Virus record (IMG/VR): IMGVR_UViG_3300045988_100094
Length of the DNA: 34,856 nucleotides
DNA from: a virus
Reading direction: 5' to 3' (one strand)
Shown here piece by piece: positions 9,132 to 18,384 of the stretch (its first letter is position 1; the number at the start of each line of letters is the position of its first letter). The notes beneath the pieces were generated by a model, which saw nothing but the letters and a program-made list of their open reading frames with translations, was not told where the DNA came from and ran no database searches. Position numbers and translations under genes: made by a program.

Positions 9132-12103
9132 CCCAATCCATCTACAGCATTTAAAATAGCCTGTTTTCTTGCTTGTTCTTCAGCAACTGGCTCTGCTATT
9201 ATTCTTGAAATTTCTCTCTTATCAAGTTCTTGAGAGACAATAGTAGGACGATTTGCCAACTTAGCAATAATACTTAGTAACTCAATCTCTCTGCTTTGAG
9301 GTTGTGCTACATTAGCCATCTTAGTTGTTAAAATAGCATTTGACACATCCATTTGTGGATTCACAGATTCAAAGCCAGATAAGCCAATGGATAAAGGTTG
9401 ATCCTCTAAACTATCAGTAATCTCTCCAGCCATATTGCTAACAGTTGATTTAACTGATCTAAATTGATTTCGTAATCCCTCATCTAAACCATTCATAATA
9501 GCTCGACCGGCCGGAATCAAAAGTTTGCGGTCGTATTCGATTGGACCTTTATGATCGCGAATCCAGCCTGCAATTCCACCGACAAAGTCAGTCACACCTT
9601 GCCAAGCAGATTTTAAACCGCCAAGAAAACCATCTAGAATAGCTCGACCGGCACTCCAAAGATTAATGTTACGTAAACCATTGAAAATATTAGCAATTCC
9701 AGATACCAAATTTGAAACACCCTGTTTCATGCTGTTCCAAGCATTCTGAGCACCTTGCACAATTCCATTTATGATGGCTTGTACAGAAGATTTTAGACCA
9801 TTCCATGCCCCGACAGCAACAGAAGTAATAAAATTCCATAAACTAGACAAGAAGCTCATAAATCCATTCAAGATATTTTGAGCTCCCTGTACTAATCCAG
9901 TTATCAGATTTGATATAGTAGTTTTTATCCATTCCCATGCTGCAGAAGCTGTATTTTTGATAAAATCCCATATAGCAGCTAAAGCATTTGAAAAGTTCTC
10001 AAATACGGATTGACCATATCCAACAATTGCACTCACAACACCCATAAAATAGGTTTTGATGCCTTCCCAAATCGTACTCACAGCATCTGAAATACCTTGC
10101 CAAATTAATCCCAGATCTTCGCCAAGTTTCCCAAAATTTCCTGTAATAATATCAAGGACGATCAAAACAGCCCCTAATACAATGGATTTGATGAAATCCC
10201 ATGCTCCTTGAAAAATCATCTTAACACCTTCCCACATCTGAGAAAGTCCATCTTTTATGCCGTTCCAAATATTTATAAATCCGTCAATGAATGGCTGAAC
10301 AATTGTCATGATAGTCTGCGTTATTGCAGTCCATGCAGCACTAACGCCTGATGTGATACCAGACCAAAGATTCGAGAAGAACTCTACAATCCCATCCCAT
10401 GCATTTTTAATCGTATCAACTACTGCATTCCATGTGTCAGTCACGCCATTCCAAAGGTTCTTCGCACCATCAGAAATACCGGACCAGATTCCAACAAAGA
10501 AATCAGCAATCCCTTGCCAGGCGTTTTTTATCCAGCTAACAAACCCAGCCCAAATCTTTTGACCAATTTTTGTTTGAGTAAAGAACCAAACTAAACCTGC
10601 TACAACAGCAGCAATCGCAGCTGCTATAGCACCGATTGGATTTGCTACTATGGCAGCATTAAAGGCCAAAACAGCCACTTTAGCTGCACTAATAGCTACA
10701 GTAAAACCAGAAATAATAGCTTTAATCGTAGCTACAGTTTTAAATGCTAAAAATCCTGCTAATAAACCTGCCATCGTTGACTTGAGCACAGCCATTGCCG
10801 TTTCGTTACTTTTAAGCCAAGTTGTAAAATTCTTAATTGCGCCAGAAGCTGACTTGATGAAACCTGTAACAGATTCAAACTCAGAACCAATAGCATTTAC
10901 ACTTTTCTCACTACCGGCTATACCTAACAAATCACTGACAAAGCTACCGATGATACCAGCTATATTCCCAATAGTAGATCCAATATTCACGAAAGTCACA
11001 CGGATATTTTCACCGATATTAACAATTCTAGAAGCTAGCTTCTCATCAAGTCCAAGATAGCTTTTTAAAAAGTCTTTGTTGTCTGCTTTGTTTCCGGAAC
11101 CAAAGATCATATCAGATAGTGCATTGAGAACACCACTAACATTAGCATAGATGTTATAAATTTTATCATTGATACTTTTAGCAATTCCATCACCAAAAAT
11201 AGCAGCAATTCCCTCTTTCAAAACTGTACCTATGACAGTCGGTAAGCCACGAAGAATATTTCCGACCATCGGAATGAAGTTTTTAAATAGAAACGTTGAT
11301 GTCGTCTCTGCCAGAGCTTTTAGCGATGGCATGATATCTTCACCAAGAGCCAATTTCCCCAGAACATTTTGAGCTGCCGCTTTCATAGAAGCAAAAGAAC
11401 CACTAAAAGTAGTTGCTGCTTCTTTCGCGGTTGTGCCAGTAATATCAAGTTTCCCTTGAATCGCATGAATCGCTTGATAAACGTCAGACAAATTGTTGAT
11501 GTCATATTTAACACCGGTCAGTTTAGTAGCATCTGCCAGTAAGCGTTCCATTTCCGTTTTAGTACCACCATAACCAAGTTTAAGGTTATCTAGCATGGTA
11601 TAGTTTTGTTTGGCGAATCCTTGATATGCGTCTTGAATACGATCCATGGATGTACCCATCTTATTGGCATTATCAGACATATCCACCATAGCCATATTTG
11701 CTATTTCTGCTGCTTTATTGGTATCTCCACCTAAAGATTGAAGCAAACTAGCACTAAAACCAGTGACATTCTCCATGTAGGTATTGGCTGACAATCCTGT
11801 TGTCCGATAAGCTTCATTGGCGTAGGCTTTAACCTTATCAGCCGAACCCTTAAAAAGTGTCTCAATTCCTCCAAGCGATTGTTGAAGAGCAGCTCCTTCA
11901 TTGATAGCTGCTGAAAATGCTCTACCAATTCCTGCAGCGGCAATAATACCAGTCGCTGCCTTAACAAGAGTAGAACCTATACTTGAACCAGCACTATTAC
12001 CTGCTGCTGTTGCTTCAGGAGCCAACGCACTTTGAATAGATCCGCTGATACCTTTTGCCGATGGCATAATCTGCACATAAGCCTGTCCTAATTCTGTTGC
12101 CAC
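9116..12103 (-). CDS. Tape measure protein
   Basis: 995 aa, Gly/Ala/Ile-rich with repeated W/F-containing helical segments and hydrophobic central stretches. It lies directly after the G/G-T chaperone genes. GTG start with GGAGG 9 nt upstream. Confidence 0.9.
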   Translation of the reverse strand: MATELGQAYVQIMPSAKGISGSIQSALAPEATAAGNSAGSSIGSTLVKAATGIIAAAGIGRAFSAAINEGAALQQSLGGIETLFKGSADKVKAYANEAYRTTGLSANTYMENVTGFSASLLQSLGGDTNKAAEIANMAMVDMSDNANKMGTSMDRIQDAYQGFAKQNYTMLDNLKLGYGGTKTEMERLLADATKLTGVKYDINNLSDVYQAIHAIQGKLDITGTTAKEAATTFSGSFASMKAAAQNVLGKLALGEDIMPSLKALAETTSTFLFKNFIPMVGNILRGLPTVIGTVLKEGIAAIFGDGIAKSINDKIYNIYANVSGVLNALSDMIFGSGNKADNKDFLKSYLGLDEKLASRIVNIGENIRVTFVNIGSTIGNIAGIIGSFVSDLLGIAGSEKSVNAIGSEFESVTGFIKSASGAIKNFTTWLKSNETAMAVLKSTMAGLLAGFLAFKTVATIKAIISGFTVAISAAKVAVLAFNAAIVANPIGAIAAAIAAVVAGLVWFFTQTKIGQKIWAGFVSWIKNAWQGIADFFVGIWSGISDGAKNLWNGVTDTWNAVVDTIKNAWDGIVEFFSNLWSGITSGVSAAWTAITQTIMTIVQPFIDGFINIWNGIKDGLSQMWEGVKMIFQGAWDFIKSIVLGAVLIVLDIITGNFGKLGEDLGLIWQGISDAVSTIWEGIKTYFMGVVSAIVGYGQSVFENFSNALAAIWDFIKNTASAAWEWIKTTISNLITGLVQGAQNILNGFMSFLSSLWNFITSVAVGAWNGLKSSVQAIINGIVQGAQNAWNSMKQGVSNLVSGIANIFNGLRNINLWSAGRAILDGFLGGLKSAWQGVTDFVGGIAGWIRDHKGPIEYDRKLLIPAGRAIMNGLDEGLRNQFRSVKSTVSNMAGEITDSLEDQPLSIGLSGFESVNPQMDVSNAILTTKMANVAQPQSREIELLSIIAKLANRPTIVSQELDKREISRIIAEPVAEEQARKQAILNAVDGLGWQMN

Positions 12104-12477
12104 TAATGTTCACCTCCAATCTTTTCTAAAATTTCTTTTCTTGCTCTCTCAAACTCCTCACCAGAAGTAAAGACCATTTCTTTGCGTTCTTTTGGTTCTG
12201 CTGTTAATTGTTCCACAATGGATTCTGGTCTATTCGTTCCCTTCTGACCATCTGCTGTCTTAAACCAAGCTAAAATAGACAGTCTATCAAAGATACCAGC
12301 TAGAAGTAGTGTTTCCGTTGATACTTTCTGATTAGACAATTTCATCTTGATTCTCGAATCATCTCTTAAACCAATAGAAAAGACAGCTACCTTAAGAGCT
12401 GGTAACTGCCTATAATCATAAATATGGTATGTTTCAGCCAAATCACAAATCAACGCATTTTCATCAGCCTTTATCAT
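12103..12477 (-). CDS. Tail assembly chaperone, T part (Gp15-like), expressed as a G-T fusion by -1 frameshift
   Basis: The 124-aa frame is open upstream of its ATG and joins the preceding ORF in the -1 frame through the linker LTILAG. Family recalled as bacteriophage Gp15. Confidence 0.8.
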   Translation of the reverse strand: MIKADENALICDLAETYHIYDYRQLPALKVAVFSIGLRDDSRIKMKLSNQKVSTETLLLAGIFDRLSILAWFKTADGQKGTNRPESIVEQLTAEPKERKEMVFTSGEEFERARKEILEKIGGEH

Positions 12478-12491
12478 TCCGGCAAGGATAG

Positions 12492-12830
12492 TTAGTTTTT
12501 TAACGAGGTTTTGCTATTAAAGATCTCTTCAATTTCAGCCATCAGTCTGTTAAGAGGGACCAGTCCGTTTTCATCTCGAACATGTTCTTTTAAATCCTCT
12601 GCTTGCGGACCAAGTAAATTTTTCACCACCTTAGGAAGTACAAGCGGATTTTCATCAACTTCTGCAATCGCCTCTACTAATTCATAATTCGCCAGCCGTT
12701 CTTTTAATACTTCGAATTTAAAACCAGTTGAGGTTGTTCCTTTGATGACATTAGAATTTAATTCCGGAAGATTCATTTTAGTAACTTGTTTAGACGGTGT
12801 TTTTACTTTATTTTTTTTAGATTTTGACAT
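12492..12830 (-). CDS. Tail assembly chaperone, G part
   Basis: 112 aa, immediately after the major tail protein. It ends ...TCG TTA AAA AAC TAA, with a slippery heptamer just before the stop. Confidence 0.85.
   Translation of the reverse strand: MSKSKKNKVKTPSKQVTKMNLPELNSNVIKGTTSTGFKFEVLKERLANYELVEAIAEVDENPLVLPKVVKNLLGPQAEDLKEHVRDENGLVPLNRLMAEIEEIFNSKTSLKN
12495..12501 (-). promoter_or_regulatory. Programmed -1 ribosomal frameshift site A_AAA_AAC
   Basis: Minus strand reads TT[A AAA AAC] TAA. After a -1 slip the frame reads CTA ACT ATC CTT GCC GGA ATG ATA AAG..., which is the downstream ORF with no intervening stop. Confidence 0.85.
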
Positions 12831-12832
12831 CT

Positions 12833-13384
12833 TTAAGCTCCTTTGATGTATTCATAGTGGGTGTTCTGATCTTTATCTGGAAAAGCTGTCACGGTTGTTT
12901 GATAGCCGACTGTTTCACCATCTTTATAGCTAATCTCGCCGATTTCAGTCACTTTCCCTTGTGGAACAACAATCCGTTTTAGCACACCATTTTTCATAAC
13001 GATTTCAGCAACCAAGCAATGATCCTTTAATTCCTTGGAATTTGCTTTAACTTCGATACCCGTCGAAAGATCTCCAGACACATTTTCAGAGCCATAAACC
13101 TCTTTCAAAACCTCCACATTTAAGGCTTCAATCAGCGTGAAACCAAAAGTATCTTTCTTTTCAGTTTGAGATGAATTAACAACGTCACCACCCCAAGCCT
13201 TAATATCTTCTGATTCAGGCGAGTTGGTATTCGTCATGCCATCTTCTGAAATATATCCCAACGATTTAAAAGCTGCATTGAGTGCAGTTGTTGCATCTGT
13301 AGGCAATTCTGTGCCAAGAGGAGCTGAATAAATCGCACCTCCGACCTTAGGTTTTGCCGTTGTCACATTTGATGATTTAGACAT
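12833..13384 (-). CDS. Major tail protein (phi13-type)
   Basis: 183 aa. The position and sequence style ([25 protein letters not shown]...) match the Firmicutes siphophage major tail family. Confidence 0.85.
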   Translation of the reverse strand: MSKSSNVTTAKPKVGGAIYSAPLGTELPTDATTALNAAFKSLGYISEDGMTNTNSPESEDIKAWGGDVVNSSQTEKKDTFGFTLIEALNVEVLKEVYGSENVSGDLSTGIEVKANSKELKDHCLVAEIVMKNGVLKRIVVPQGKVTEIGEISYKDGETVGYQTTVTAFPDKDQNTHYEYIKGA

Positions 13385-13399
13385 ATAATTTCTCCTTTT

Positions 13400-13735
13400 T
13401 TAAAAATAATTGATATCAAATACTGCTTGATATCTGTATCGCTTTGTTTCCGTGTCTGTATAATTATAATCACTATTGAGATGAACGCCACTAATGGAAT
13501 TGAGCTCAGCCATTTCTTTAACAACTTCTTTGACTTTTTCATTCAGTTCTGCTGCTTTCTGCATAGAGCTTGCATAACTTTGAAAAGCAAAAGTTGCCGA
13601 TTTAGAATGGTCTCGCTCACTGCCACTAGTCTTTTCAATCAAGATAAAACTATCAGGCATTTTTGTTTCATGTTCAAAAAAAGACGGCACATCTAAATGA
13701 CCGTCAAGATATTTTTTAATAATAATTTCAATCAT
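13400..13735 (-). CDS. Tail terminator / tail completion protein
   Basis: 111 aa, directly upstream of the major tail gene in the conserved connector block. Confidence 0.55.
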   Translation of the reverse strand: MIEIIIKKYLDGHLDVPSFFEHETKMPDSFILIEKTSGSERDHSKSATFAFQSYASSMQKAAELNEKVKEVVKEMAELNSISGVHLNSDYNYTDTETKRYRYQAVFDINYF

Positions 13736-13963
13736 TTAACGCACCGCCTTTAGTAAAGTATTGTTTTTTAGATTATCTTTTTTAGCTTTGACTGTCTTAG
13801 CGCTCACCATAGCATTTGCACGATTACGCCCGACATAGACATCCTGCTCATAGCCATCACCACACCTATTTTTGATATTGCTAGCATGTTTGTTCAAAAC
13901 AGTTTGCATAGCTCCTGATTTCATCAGATCAGCTACACCTGCACGATTCAGTTTAAATTTCAT
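13736..13963 (-). CDS. Neck protein (short HK97 gp10-like)
   Basis: 75 aa. Call rests on position in the connector block and back-to-back start/stop with its neighbours. Confidence 0.5.
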   Translation of the reverse strand: MKFKLNRAGVADLMKSGAMQTVLNKHASNIKNRCGDGYEQDVYVGRNRANAMVSAKTVKAKKDNLKNNTLLKAVR

Positions 13964-14294
13964 ACCGTTCTACCGTCACTTTCTTGTTCCAGTCAAGTGG
14001 GATTAAATCTTCAATTCCCTCAAGTGGAAGACCAAATACCTGCCACCGTTTTCCAAAGAACCGCACTTCCTTATTTTCCCAATCATGAGTATCACCTTTC
14101 GGAATAGCTAACGTATAATCAGCTTTTCGACCAGTTAAATTAAGCTGTGTTGTAATATCCTCTGATGTAGCTGGACTGACTAGCACATTCTCAACTTCGA
14201 TTTCTTTATCTTCAAAGATTGAGTGACCGAAATCATCTTGACCCGTCTTGACCTTATCTATTAAGACCACGGGGATTCCTTTAATCCGTGCCAT
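13953..14294 (-). CDS. Head-tail joining (head closure) protein
   Basis: Position in the connector block. The ATG at 14294 is preferred over the TTG at 14303. Confidence 0.6.
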   Translation of the reverse strand: MARIKGIPVVLIDKVKTGQDDFGHSIFEDKEIEVENVLVSPATSEDITTQLNLTGRKADYTLAIPKGDTHDWENKEVRFFGKRWQVFGLPLEGIEDLIPLDWNKKVTVERYEI

Positions 14295-14676
14295 AAATAT
14301 CAATCACCCCATATCTTTGTTTTTTTAAACCAAGTCGTTTTAACTCTGAATCTTTGATAAACAGGCCGCCGCCCGGCACAAGATAAGAGCCGCTCCAAGT
14401 GTACCCCAGAGCGCCCTCAGAAACTTGTGTCATTGGCTCTTGATCTGTTGAAGTCATCAAAGTTCTAGCCACAACATCCACTACCACAGACTTAACAACA
14501 CAGGCGTACGATTCATTGGCTACAAACAATTTGTCTAAGTCTTTACCAACCTTTTCAGCTTCAACACGCAACGAAGCAGAGACAACTTTCAACAGTGCCT
14601 CAGCTCGTTTTTGTTCATCAAGCTTTAAAGGTCGCCACAATTCCTGCAGCTCATCTACTGTTGCAAAGTTCTTCAT
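14281..14676 (-). CDS. Head-tail connector protein (gp6-like)
   Basis: 131 aa. It is the first connector gene after the capsid region, with an N-terminal helical segment typical of gp6-like adaptors. Confidence 0.65.
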   Translation of the reverse strand: MKNFATVDELQELWRPLKLDEQKRAEALLKVVSASLRVEAEKVGKDLDKLFVANESYACVVKSVVVDVVARTLMTSTDQEPMTQVSEGALGYTWSGSYLVPGGGLFIKDSELKRLGLKKQRYGVIDIYGTD

Positions 14677-14681
14677 ATCTT

Positions 14682-14888
14682 TTACCCTTCGTGTTGTTCT
14701 AATAAGGCAATCAAGTCTGATTTCACTGCTTTGCTATCGTATTCAATTCCAAGTTCATCAAGTTTAGACTTGATTTCAGGAACAGTCAGCTTATAGTCCT
14801 CTTTAAGCTCCGAAGCGGGGACCCAATCCCCGCCAAGTTCGCAGTCTGTTTCAATACTTGCAAGAGTTTCTTTATTAATATATTCCAT
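14682..14888 (-). CDS. Small protein with HeH/SAP-like motif
   Basis: MEYINKET... ends with TVPEIKSKLDELGIEYDSKAVKSDLIALL, a helix-extension-helix pattern. The ATG at 14888 has GGAGG upstream, whereas the track start at 14942 overlaps the capsid gene. Confidence 0.6.
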   Translation of the reverse strand: MEYINKETLASIETDCELGGDWVPASELKEDYKLTVPEIKSKLDELGIEYDSKAVKSDLIALLEQHEG

Positions 14889-14889
14889 A

Positions 14890-15780
14890 TTAAGCCTCCA
14901 CACGAGCAAATGCTTGCTCATCAAGAATTCCCCAACCAGCATATACTTCTGTACGCAGGCATACTTCTCGATACCGTTTCAAGTCTCGACCTGCTCCGTC
15001 AGGGTCGCCGTATTCAATAATTTCAAGCGGAATATTTTCTGCATATCCCCACTTCACCGCATTTTCAAAATCTCCCACGATAACATGATCTTTTTTAGCT
15101 GTACTTGCAACAGTTGTCAATGTTTTATTAACATCAGACTTCATTCCGTAAAATGAATCTGGATTTTGACCAAAACGATATTCAGGATATTGAACTACCC
15201 CGTTTACTTTAATTTTACCAAGTGCCGCTCCTGCTGCTGGAGATAACGCAATTCCGTTCACTTCACAATCATTTGCTGTAATAGTCGCAACAGCAGCATC
15301 AATATTTTCATCAATTTTATCCGCTTCAAAAGTTACTACATTTCCTGTAATCAAACCGTCAAATGAGTTCGTTGCTTTAAAAGAGGCGTCCGTCATTGAT
15401 TTAGGTTCTAATCCATGGAAAGAAGCAATATCAATTGCTTGTGCCACTTTCTTAGCCAAACCATCAATAAATGATTTAAGATATGATAATTGTTTTTCTT
15501 CTGAACAATGTACAAATTCTTCCGAAATCCGTGCTTGATAAGTAATTAAAACTGGTTTGATCACTTTTTGTTTCATAGTTGCATTTCCAGCACTTGAAGG
15601 ATTTCCTTCACCTATAATTTCAGCGTTTCCTTCAAGGTTGAATACAAATGTTTCTGTGCCAGTAAATGGAATAGGTTCTTGTGTGGTAAGTTTTGCAAGG
15701 GTTGAGTGCCCTTTTACTTTACTAAAAATATCTTGTACTGTTTGTACAGGGAACATATCCCCTGATTGCAATGTTGCCAT
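14890..15780 (-). CDS. Major capsid protein (HK97 fold)
   Basis: 296 aa, directly after the scaffold gene. The sequence style is that of Firmicutes phage major capsid proteins. Confidence 0.85.
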   Translation of the reverse strand: MATLQSGDMFPVQTVQDIFSKVKGHSTLAKLTTQEPIPFTGTETFVFNLEGNAEIIGEGNPSSAGNATMKQKVIKPVLITYQARISEEFVHCSEEKQLSYLKSFIDGLAKKVAQAIDIASFHGLEPKSMTDASFKATNSFDGLITGNVVTFEADKIDENIDAAVATITANDCEVNGIALSPAAGAALGKIKVNGVVQYPEYRFGQNPDSFYGMKSDVNKTLTTVASTAKKDHVIVGDFENAVKWGYAENIPLEIIEYGDPDGAGRDLKRYREVCLRTEVYAGWGILDEQAFARVEA

Positions 15781-15784
15781 ATAA

Positions 15785-16243
15785 TTATTCTCCTCTCATA
15801 TTTCGCAGCATTCCCTTCAATGCTGCATCTTCATCATTGCCTAAATTAGGCTCATTATTTTTTAACGGTGGTACTGGCTTTTTAATTTTCATAAAACCTG
15901 CCAATTTTTCTGCATCTGCCTTGAGTGCTTCTTCGTCGTCTCCTTGAAGTCGAGCGGCTAAATCAAGTGGCAAACCATGCTCCAGCGCTACACGAGTTCG
16001 CAGCTTTTCTGTTTCAAAACCTGCAATTTGTGATTGCAAATCTGCAACTTGCTTATCTGCCTCTGCTTTTGATTGATTAGAAGCCTCAATAGATGATTTC
16101 AAGCCCCCGTTTTCAGTTTCCAATTCTGCTACACGAGATTTCAGCTGGTCATAATCAGAATACTTCTCTTTTTCACGAACCAAACGCGACTTGATAGCTG
16201 CATCAAATTCTTCTTGTGTAGTAATTGCTTTAAATTCTGACAT
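15785..16243 (-). CDS. Capsid scaffolding protein (DUF4355-like)
   Basis: MSEFKAITTQEEFDAAIKSRLVREKEK... followed by coiled coil. The ATG at 16243 is preceded by AGGAGA. Confidence 0.8.
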   Translation of the reverse strand: MSEFKAITTQEEFDAAIKSRLVREKEKYSDYDQLKSRVAELETENGGLKSSIEASNQSKAEADKQVADLQSQIAGFETEKLRTRVALEHGLPLDLAARLQGDDEEALKADAEKLAGFMKIKKPVPPLKNNEPNLGNDEDAALKGMLRNMRGE

Positions 16244-16324
16244 TCTTATGTCTCCTTTCTCCTGCTTCCCCGGCAGTTCGGTAATTTTTTTGAGCATTAA
16301 AAAAGCCGCTTTTTAGCAGCTCCT

Positions 16325-17305
16325 CTAATAACTAATTTTTTGCTTTTTCTTAGGCTTGGTTGTTACACAAGCCCAGTGCGCAAGCAAAGCACTATCCATA
16401 AGACTAATATCCATATCACTAAAATGAGACCTATAACCAAAACCACCATTTGAGCCAATATTCCGCTTATCGCAGTTTGTTGCAACTTTAGCAAGAGATG
16501 GCTGACCATTATGACAGATAGTATGCTGATAAATCCCCTGTTCCCACAGTGAATTAGCAGTGATGATTTCTTTGACTGTTGGCAAGATGACATTTTTAAT
16601 CTTATAGTCTTTTAACTCATCATCTAAAACTTTCTGCCCACTTGCACCATCAACCACAATTTGCGACACATCCGCCTGTTTCAGAAAAGCAACAATCCAA
16701 TGATTGCCGTTTCTCACAGATTGACAGTCAATTGTCTCAATAAAGATTCGCTTATCCGCAGTTCGCACAGCAATACTCATTGATACGTTCGTACCGTCTT
16801 GTCCATACTTGATACCAACAAATAAGCGCCCTGATAATTTAGGTATTTCCTCAACTTCAAGCGCATTCCATTCTGTTTCAGAAATAGCTGATTTTTGATT
16901 ATAGGTCGGCCAAAAACCCAACCGCTGAACATTATGGTCAAGTTTATCCTCGCCAAGTTCAGCCTCTATCTTCCGCTCGTTTAAGTGGAATCCCATTGAG
17001 GGGTTGGAGTTGTACCAAGCCTCAACATCATCAATCTCTTTTTCCTCATTTACGGACCATTCAGCCCAACCAGAATATTTTCCTTTACCAAATAAACAAG
17101 CTTCACGATATTTTGTAAATACCGTCCCACTTGATACTGGTGTCGGAGGAGTACCACACATGATAGTCATTGGATTATCACTATCAGTCACCGTGTACTT
17201 AAGTGCTGATTCCTGCTCCGTTGTGTACTCCTGTGCTTCATCAATGATAAGCAAGTCAAAACCTTCACCAAGACCACCATTTGAGGTTTTGACAAGTAAT
17301 TTCAT
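16325..17305 (-). CDS. terL: Terminase large subunit, C-terminal piece (Walker B plus nuclease domain)
   Basis: Begins MKLLVKTSNGGLGEGFDLLIIDEAQEY (Walker B DLLIIDE). The rest resembles an RNaseH-like nuclease domain. Its ATG overlaps the stop of the upstream piece (ATGA at 17302-17305). Confidence 0.8.
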   Translation of the reverse strand: MKLLVKTSNGGLGEGFDLLIIDEAQEYTTEQESALKYTVTDSDNPMTIMCGTPPTPVSSGTVFTKYREACLFGKGKYSGWAEWSVNEEKEIDDVEAWYNSNPSMGFHLNERKIEAELGEDKLDHNVQRLGFWPTYNQKSAISETEWNALEVEEIPKLSGRLFVGIKYGQDGTNVSMSIAVRTADKRIFIETIDCQSVRNGNHWIVAFLKQADVSQIVVDGASGQKVLDDELKDYKIKNVILPTVKEIITANSLWEQGIYQHTICHNGQPSLAKVATNCDKRNIGSNGGFGYRSHFSDMDISLMDSALLAHWACVTTKPKKKQKISY

Positions 17306-17763
17306 GTTCTGGTACGGAATTGGACAACACCACCTGTTGAATATAGCTCAATTCTTTCTTGTCCCTTAGCTCGAATGGAGTTAAAATCCTCACCGTCCTC
17401 ATAACCCATTTTTTCCAAATATCGCTTCACTTTTTCAAATGAAGAATGGGATGTGCTAATTCTGTGAGCAGTATGAAGCATGTTCAAACCATGTTCAAGT
17501 CCCCACAATTCAAGAATATAAAGAATTTCACTCTTCCCATTTCGTCGAGGAATAGAATAACCAAACTTCTGATGTACCCATACCCCAGTCTTATCAACAG
17601 CCATAATAGCCTTTAATAAATTCTGCTGCCATGGATAACTAGAAAGCCCAGTCCGCTCATAAATATCAATAGCCTCTTTATATAATGATTTCTTCTTAGT
17701 ATATGGAAGAATTACCGATTGAGTAGGATTCTGATTGCCAAGCTTTTTCTTAGTCCTAGCCAT
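17302..17763 (-). CDS. terL: Terminase large subunit, N-terminal piece (Walker A)
   Basis: MARTKKKLGNQNP... contains PRRNGKSE (a terminase-type Walker A) and ends ...VVQFRTRT*. The ATG at 17763 is preferred over the TTG at 17778. Confidence 0.8.
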   Translation of the reverse strand: MARTKKKLGNQNPTQSVILPYTKKKSLYKEAIDIYERTGLSSYPWQQNLLKAIMAVDKTGVWVHQKFGYSIPRRNGKSEILYILELWGLEHGLNMLHTAHRISTSHSSFEKVKRYLEKMGYEDGEDFNSIRAKGQERIELYSTGGVVQFRTRT

Positions 17764-17825
17764 AACCTTTCCTTTCAATCGTCATTGCATGATAACCCTA
17801 TCGCTGGGAGATATCGGATCACCTC

Positions 17826-18077
17826 CTAATCTTTAATAGCCCGATTTGAAACTTTTGCATATACATCTACATAAGTTTCTTTCTTATCACCGTTATGAGT
17901 AATTTCTGCATAGTCACCGCACTTCTCGTTTGATGAAATTGCATTCGTGCTGACAAGTGCCTTCCAATTCTGCAAGGTTTTACTAAACCAGACGATAAAG
18001 CATTCCTCTGCTTTAATTTCACGGCCTGAAAGACGCGAAAATTCTTGTGATGCTAATTGTTTTGCTTTTTCTAACAT
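17826..18077 (-). CDS. Hypothetical small phage protein
   Basis: 83-aa ORF in the operon context. No function inferred. Confidence 0.6.
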   Translation of the reverse strand: MLEKAKQLASQEFSRLSGREIKAEECFIVWFSKTLQNWKALVSTNAISSNEKCGDYAEITHNGDKKETYVDVYAKVSNRAIKD

Positions 18078-18079
18078 TT

Positions 18080-18331
18080 TTATTCCTCCGTTTTTTCGTA
18101 TGTTTCAGCAAAGATATCCGGCTTGCATGGATAAAATTCACCTTGCACGCCTTTGATAATGTAATCGCCGACCGATGCTTCCATAATCCCTTCTAATGTT
18201 CTGATGAACATTTTACGAGTTTCTATTTCATAGTTAATTTGTGACTCACCCATAAAATCAGCAAGGTCTTTGACGTTGTTCCCTGTCCATTTTACCGCTT
18301 CAATCACCACAGGTTTCTTTCTGTATTTCAT
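18080..18331 (-). CDS. Hypothetical small phage protein
   Basis: MKYRKKPVVIEAVKW...YPCKPDIFAETYE. The ATG at 18331 has AAAGGAGA upstream. Confidence 0.65.
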   Translation of the reverse strand: MKYRKKPVVIEAVKWTGNNVKDLADFMGESQINYEIETRKMFIRTLEGIMEASVGDYIIKGVQGEFYPCKPDIFAETYEKTEE

Positions 18332-18384
18332 TTTCTTTCTCCTTTTTGAGCATAATAAAAGCACCCTTTCGAGCGCCATTCTGA

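Noticed and set aside
10650-11060. 136-aa plus-strand ORF (with 10308-10562 and 11169-11372) antisense to the tape measure gene.
   Set aside because: It is the mirror image of the repetitive Ala/Gly/Ile-rich TMP coding sequence. It has no start context and no independent support.
17816-17827. GGATCACCTCCT, identical to the 3' end of 16S rRNA on the plus strand, which is a 12-nt perfect Shine-Dalgarno complement on the minus strand.
   Set aside because: It is far too short and isolated to be an rRNA fragment. On the minus strand it overlaps the stop of the 83-aa ORF, and no start codon follows at usable spacing. It lies 50 nt upstream of the TerL-N start, so it is not that gene's RBS. I note it as a curiosity only.
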